NCBI RefSeq assembly: GCF_016907925.1 | Contig: NZ_JAFBCZ010000018.1 | Coordinates: forward strand, 64,001 to 123,933 | Length of the DNA: 59,933 nucleotides | Reading direction: 5' to 3' | DNA from: Herpetosiphon giganteus | Lineage (GTDB): Bacteria > Chloroflexota > Chloroflexia > Chloroflexales > Herpetosiphonaceae | Part shown: piece by piece, positions 56,948-59,933 of the stretch | Layout: every line of letters starts with the position of its first letter | Position numbering within the stretch: position 1 is the first letter of the stretch | Notes under the pieces: generated by a model | Databases searched by the model: none | What the model saw: only the letters and a program-made list of their open reading frames with translations | Told to the model about the DNA's origin: nothing | Program-made: the position numbers and the translations under genes

Positions 56948-59611
56948 TCAACGCGGATACAGATAGCGAATCGTCTCAAGCCTTATTTCCATTGGGGCCA
57001 TACGCCACTCAGTTTGCCATTCTTGCTCGCGCCATGTCAACTGGGTAAATGCCGGATTCCAAGATTGGCCAGTTAGAAGCGTTTTGCCATCGTTATCCAA
57101 GGCTAGTAATCGATGCTCGGTCGGCTCAATTTGCGAACGCAAAGCGAGGCTTGGTTGCTGCGTATTATAGATGCTCAGGCGGCGGTTAAGCCCAACATAG
57201 CCAAAATCGACCGCCAGCCACTTGCCATCAGGCGACCACAAAAACTGGTCTTGGCTATTGGCATAAAAGCCTGCATCAAGCTGATACCAACGTTGCTGCG
57301 CAAATTCATACAAGCCAACATAGTGATCATGTTTGGGGTTCAAGCTTGGCAGGATTAACCCAAAACGCTCGCCATCGGGCGCAAAGCTCAAGCTCACCAG
57401 ATCGATCAATGGCAGCGTCAATTCATGGCTTTGTTGCTCGACCAAATCGAGCACCTTCACCAACATAGTTTCCTTATTCGCCGTCGCCAGCGGATAGAGT
57501 AACCAGCGTTGGTTGGGTGAAATAACGATTCTGGCAAAGATTGGATAACTTGAAACTGCTGGATCACTGGTAACAACGCTGGGAATTTCAGCCAGTTTTG
57601 TGGCTTGGAACGGTGGGCCTACTTGCACGCGCCAAAGCACCTGCGGGTTCGGCCCAGCTTGCAGAAAATAAGCGCTATCGCCGTGTAATGCAATTGGTTT
57701 AGCCCATTGCAGCTCAGGCCATGTCCATGAATCAGCGAGAATATTCCATGTGCCAGTTTGCAGATTAATCTGAACTAACTGACTTGAGCCGGTAAATTGA
57801 TCGCTGCGCTGTAAATCTTGGCCCACAATCACCAGCAAGCTGCGATAATCGGGTGCTAGCAAGGGGTCAAAATCCAATTCGCTAGTACTAAGAATTTTTT
57901 CAAATTGCCATTCCACAGTTTGTTGGGTGTTTAGGTCGAGCATTTGCCACTGGCGTGCTTGGGGGCGTTGCAGCACTAATGGAGTTTGGTTATAGCGTGG
58001 AAACGTGTGCACCACAAAATCAGCAAGCAACTCCGTGTGCAAGTCGCTATCGATCCGCTGTATGCCACCGTTAGCAGCAACCAAGGCCACGGGCTTGGTC
58101 GTAGCAGGCAAGATCGTTGGCAATGGTGTTTGTTCATAGATCGAAACAGGGCTAGGCAAGGGCGTAACTGCTGCTTGAAATTCACTTGCAAGCGGTTCAA
58201 TTGGCGCACCGCTAACCTCGCCAAGCCATAGAATGCCATTATCGCCAATGATCGTTGGCACAACTACTTGGGTCAACGTATTGGTTGCCATGTTCCAAAG
58301 GCTAAGATCGCGCTTGGAACTCACATAATCAGGCATGATTACTAACCATTGATCGGCACTATTGGTTGGATAGAGGCTGCTAAACATATCATGCTTGATC
58401 GTGGCAATTAATCGGCCAGTTTGGAGATCATAGGCTAAATAGTCATCATTTGCGCTGAAGGAACTGGTAGGCGGAGCCGCACTATCAACAACCAAGATCG
58501 TTTGATCGTTGGATAAAAAGCCTGCTCTAGGCATCCACTCAAATGGGCTTGCGTCTAATTCAACTGAACGCTCGTCGCCAGTTGCCCAATTGATCAGGCT
58601 CAATGTTGTTGGGCTACGAAATACGCCCAACAACGGTTGGCGGCCATCGCCCAAAATTGTCGCGTTGGAGAGTGAACCAAATTCTTGGTAGGCTTGGGTT
58701 GCAGGGTCATAGTGAAACAGGGTTTCCGGCGTGGAAAACCAAATGTGGCCAGTGCTCGTGAGCAACAGTTGATCAACTGCTGGCAATTTAAAATGTTGGG
58801 CTGGTTGCTGCAAAATTCCATCATTCAACCCAAGGTGACTTAAACGCCAGGTCATCGTTGCTTGATTAATTTCAATCAGATAGACCCCAGTGCCAGCCTG
58901 ATCAAGCGTCAAGTGACTTGTATAATCAAGCGCCGTTTTGGGCAACAAACCATAGCGCCATAGTTCGCGACTAGTCGCCAAATCAAGCGCAACCAATTGC
59001 TGATTGCGCGGAATCAAGACACGTTGTTGCGCAGGCAACAAGGTCATAAAGCGCTCAGCATAGGCATCAACGGCAGCAATCGAAACCAAATTATTGGAGT
59101 CGATTCGCACGAGGTTATGGCCCGCAGGGCTATGCACAATCGCATAGCGCTGGCTTTGGGTAGCTGGCGTTGGGCGCGCAGTTGGCGCTGGCAGCGGCGT
59201 AACGGTTGAGGCTGGTAGATTGGTTGGTGCTGGCTCAATCACCGGCACAATCGTGGGTAAGGGCATCGGATCGCCTGGCAATTTAGGAGGAACGGTTGTC
59301 AGCACAAGTTCTGGTTGCACCGTCACCACGCGAATCTCGCCCAGTTTATCGGGCAGCAGCCGAATTGGCGGTGGCTCCGCTGGTCGGGTAGGAAATGGCG
59401 CGGCAATCAAGGTTGGGCTAGGCTGAATACTTGGCGTAGCTGAACCAAGCAAGGCCACCGCAGTGGGGTCAACATCCGCTTCATCAAGCCTACTTGGGAT
59501 GAATGTCAGCACCAGCATCAAGCCAAGTAGGCCCAACGCCCCAAGCACGGGCAACACCCGCCACCAATTACGATCGTTGCCAAGTTTGACTCGCTCCCGT
59601 TGTGGTTGCAT
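56948..59611 (-). CDS. Membrane-anchored beta-propeller-repeat protein, paralog 4 (ends IRYLYPR). The first 81 residues and the leader are nearly identical to paralog 3.
   Basis: Same architecture: ALDLATSRELW, LSFAPDGERFG and WSPDGKWLAVD. The 5' ~250 nt of the CDS and ~120 nt upstream are nearly identical to 56460-56850. Confidence 0.65.
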   Translation of the reverse strand: MQPQRERVKLGNDRNWWRVLPVLGALGLLGLMLVLTFIPSRLDEADVDPTAVALLGSATPSIQPSPTLIAAPFPTRPAEPPPIRLLPDKLGEIRVVTVQPELVLTTVPPKLPGDPMPLPTIVPVIEPAPTNLPASTVTPLPAPTARPTPATQSQRYAIVHSPAGHNLVRIDSNNLVSIAAVDAYAERFMTLLPAQQRVLIPRNQQLVALDLATSRELWRYGLLPKTALDYTSHLTLDQAGTGVYLIEINQATMTWRLSHLGLNDGILQQPAQHFKLPAVDQLLLTSTGHIWFSTPETLFHYDPATQAYQEFGSLSNATILGDGRQPLLGVFRSPTTLSLINWATGDERSVELDASPFEWMPRAGFLSNDQTILVVDSAAPPTSSFSANDDYLAYDLQTGRLIATIKHDMFSSLYPTNSADQWLVIMPDYVSSKRDLSLWNMATNTLTQVVVPTIIGDNGILWLGEVSGAPIEPLASEFQAAVTPLPSPVSIYEQTPLPTILPATTKPVALVAANGGIQRIDSDLHTELLADFVVHTFPRYNQTPLVLQRPQARQWQMLDLNTQQTVEWQFEKILSTSELDFDPLLAPDYRSLLVIVGQDLQRSDQFTGSSQLVQINLQTGTWNILADSWTWPELQWAKPIALHGDSAYFLQAGPNPQVLWRVQVGPPFQATKLAEIPSVVTSDPAVSSYPIFARIVISPNQRWLLYPLATANKETMLVKVLDLVEQQSHELTLPLIDLVSLSFAPDGERFGLILPSLNPKHDHYVGLYEFAQQRWYQLDAGFYANSQDQFLWSPDGKWLAVDFGYVGLNRRLSIYNTQQPSLALRSQIEPTEHRLLALDNDGKTLLTGQSWNPAFTQLTWREQEWQTEWRMAPMEIRLETIRYLYPR

Positions 59612-59632
59612 CGATATTGCTCCTCTATTCAA

Positions 59633-59760
59633 TCATGAGTGGCTATCGGCACTAGGCTATTGGATGTTGGCTATTGGCTTTTGGCGTTGGGAACCGCGAA
59701 GCGCACGAAGGACGCGAAGATCACGAGGGCTTTGGACTTCTGACTTCTGACTTTTGATGT
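59633..59760. repeat. Conserved leader/repeat block upstream of paralog 4 (tggctatcggcactaggctattgg..., cgcgaagcgcacgaaggacgcgaag, ctgacttctgacttttgat)
   Basis: Nearly identical block at 56730-56830 upstream of paralog 3. Contains TTCGTG/CACGAA and ctttt-gac modules. Confidence 0.6.
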
Positions 59761-59802
59761 TCTATGCTCTCTGTATACTGATTCATTGCGTTAACAACGA
59801 TT

Positions 59803-59853
59803 CACCCCTCACCCCCTAGCCCACTCACCCGCCCACGGGTTTAAGGGCGGACA
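59803..59853. repeat. REP-like element (cacccctcaccccctagcc...cccgcccacgggtttaagggcgg)
   Basis: Same CCTCACCCC family with a GC hairpin. Confidence 0.45.
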
Positions 59854-59933
59854 GGGACGCTCAACCAGGGGATACAGCACGACCTCGGTTTGGTATACTG
59901 GATGGTGACGAAACCAAACCCAGAGCAAAACCG

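Overview
About 60 kb of a bacterial chromosome, roughly 50% GC. Gene content and codon style suggest a Chloroflexi-type, possibly Herpetosiphon-like, organism; this is a low-confidence guess from memory and no search was run. Roughly 50 protein-coding genes are supported. Housekeeping operons are recognisable directly from protein motifs: lgt; nusA-ylxR-infB-rbfA-nrnA-truB; tkt-rpiB; and hrcA-grpE-dnaK-dnaJ preceded by a perfect CIRCE operator. Between them sit accessory genes: an FTR1-type iron permease fusion with an imelysin-like partner; a DUF5685-like protein with an extreme cysteine-rich tail next to DoxX; DUF58 plus a membrane protein; two very large secreted proteases (S1 and M4) that share a C-terminal domain and a terminal VYLPAV[MT]K motif; a cNMP-binding/PP2C fusion; two two-component systems; and an RGG-repeat zinc-ribbon protein. 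The most striking region is 48.7-59.6 kb. It holds a tandem array of four large paralogous membrane- or lipid-anchored proteins (Pro/Thr linker plus TolB/PQQ-like beta-propeller repeats, C-terminal YxYP motif). Two of them have nearly identical 5' ends and leaders, and a decayed fifth paralog lies between two of the genes. Intergenic spaces are packed with a mosaic of short repeat families: a (GGATGAA)n heptamer, TTCGTG/CACGAA modules, a 66-bp structured element in three copies, a 220-bp tandem duplication that captured a gene 3' end, and REP-like nested palindromes. No rRNA, tRNA or CRISPR array was recognised.
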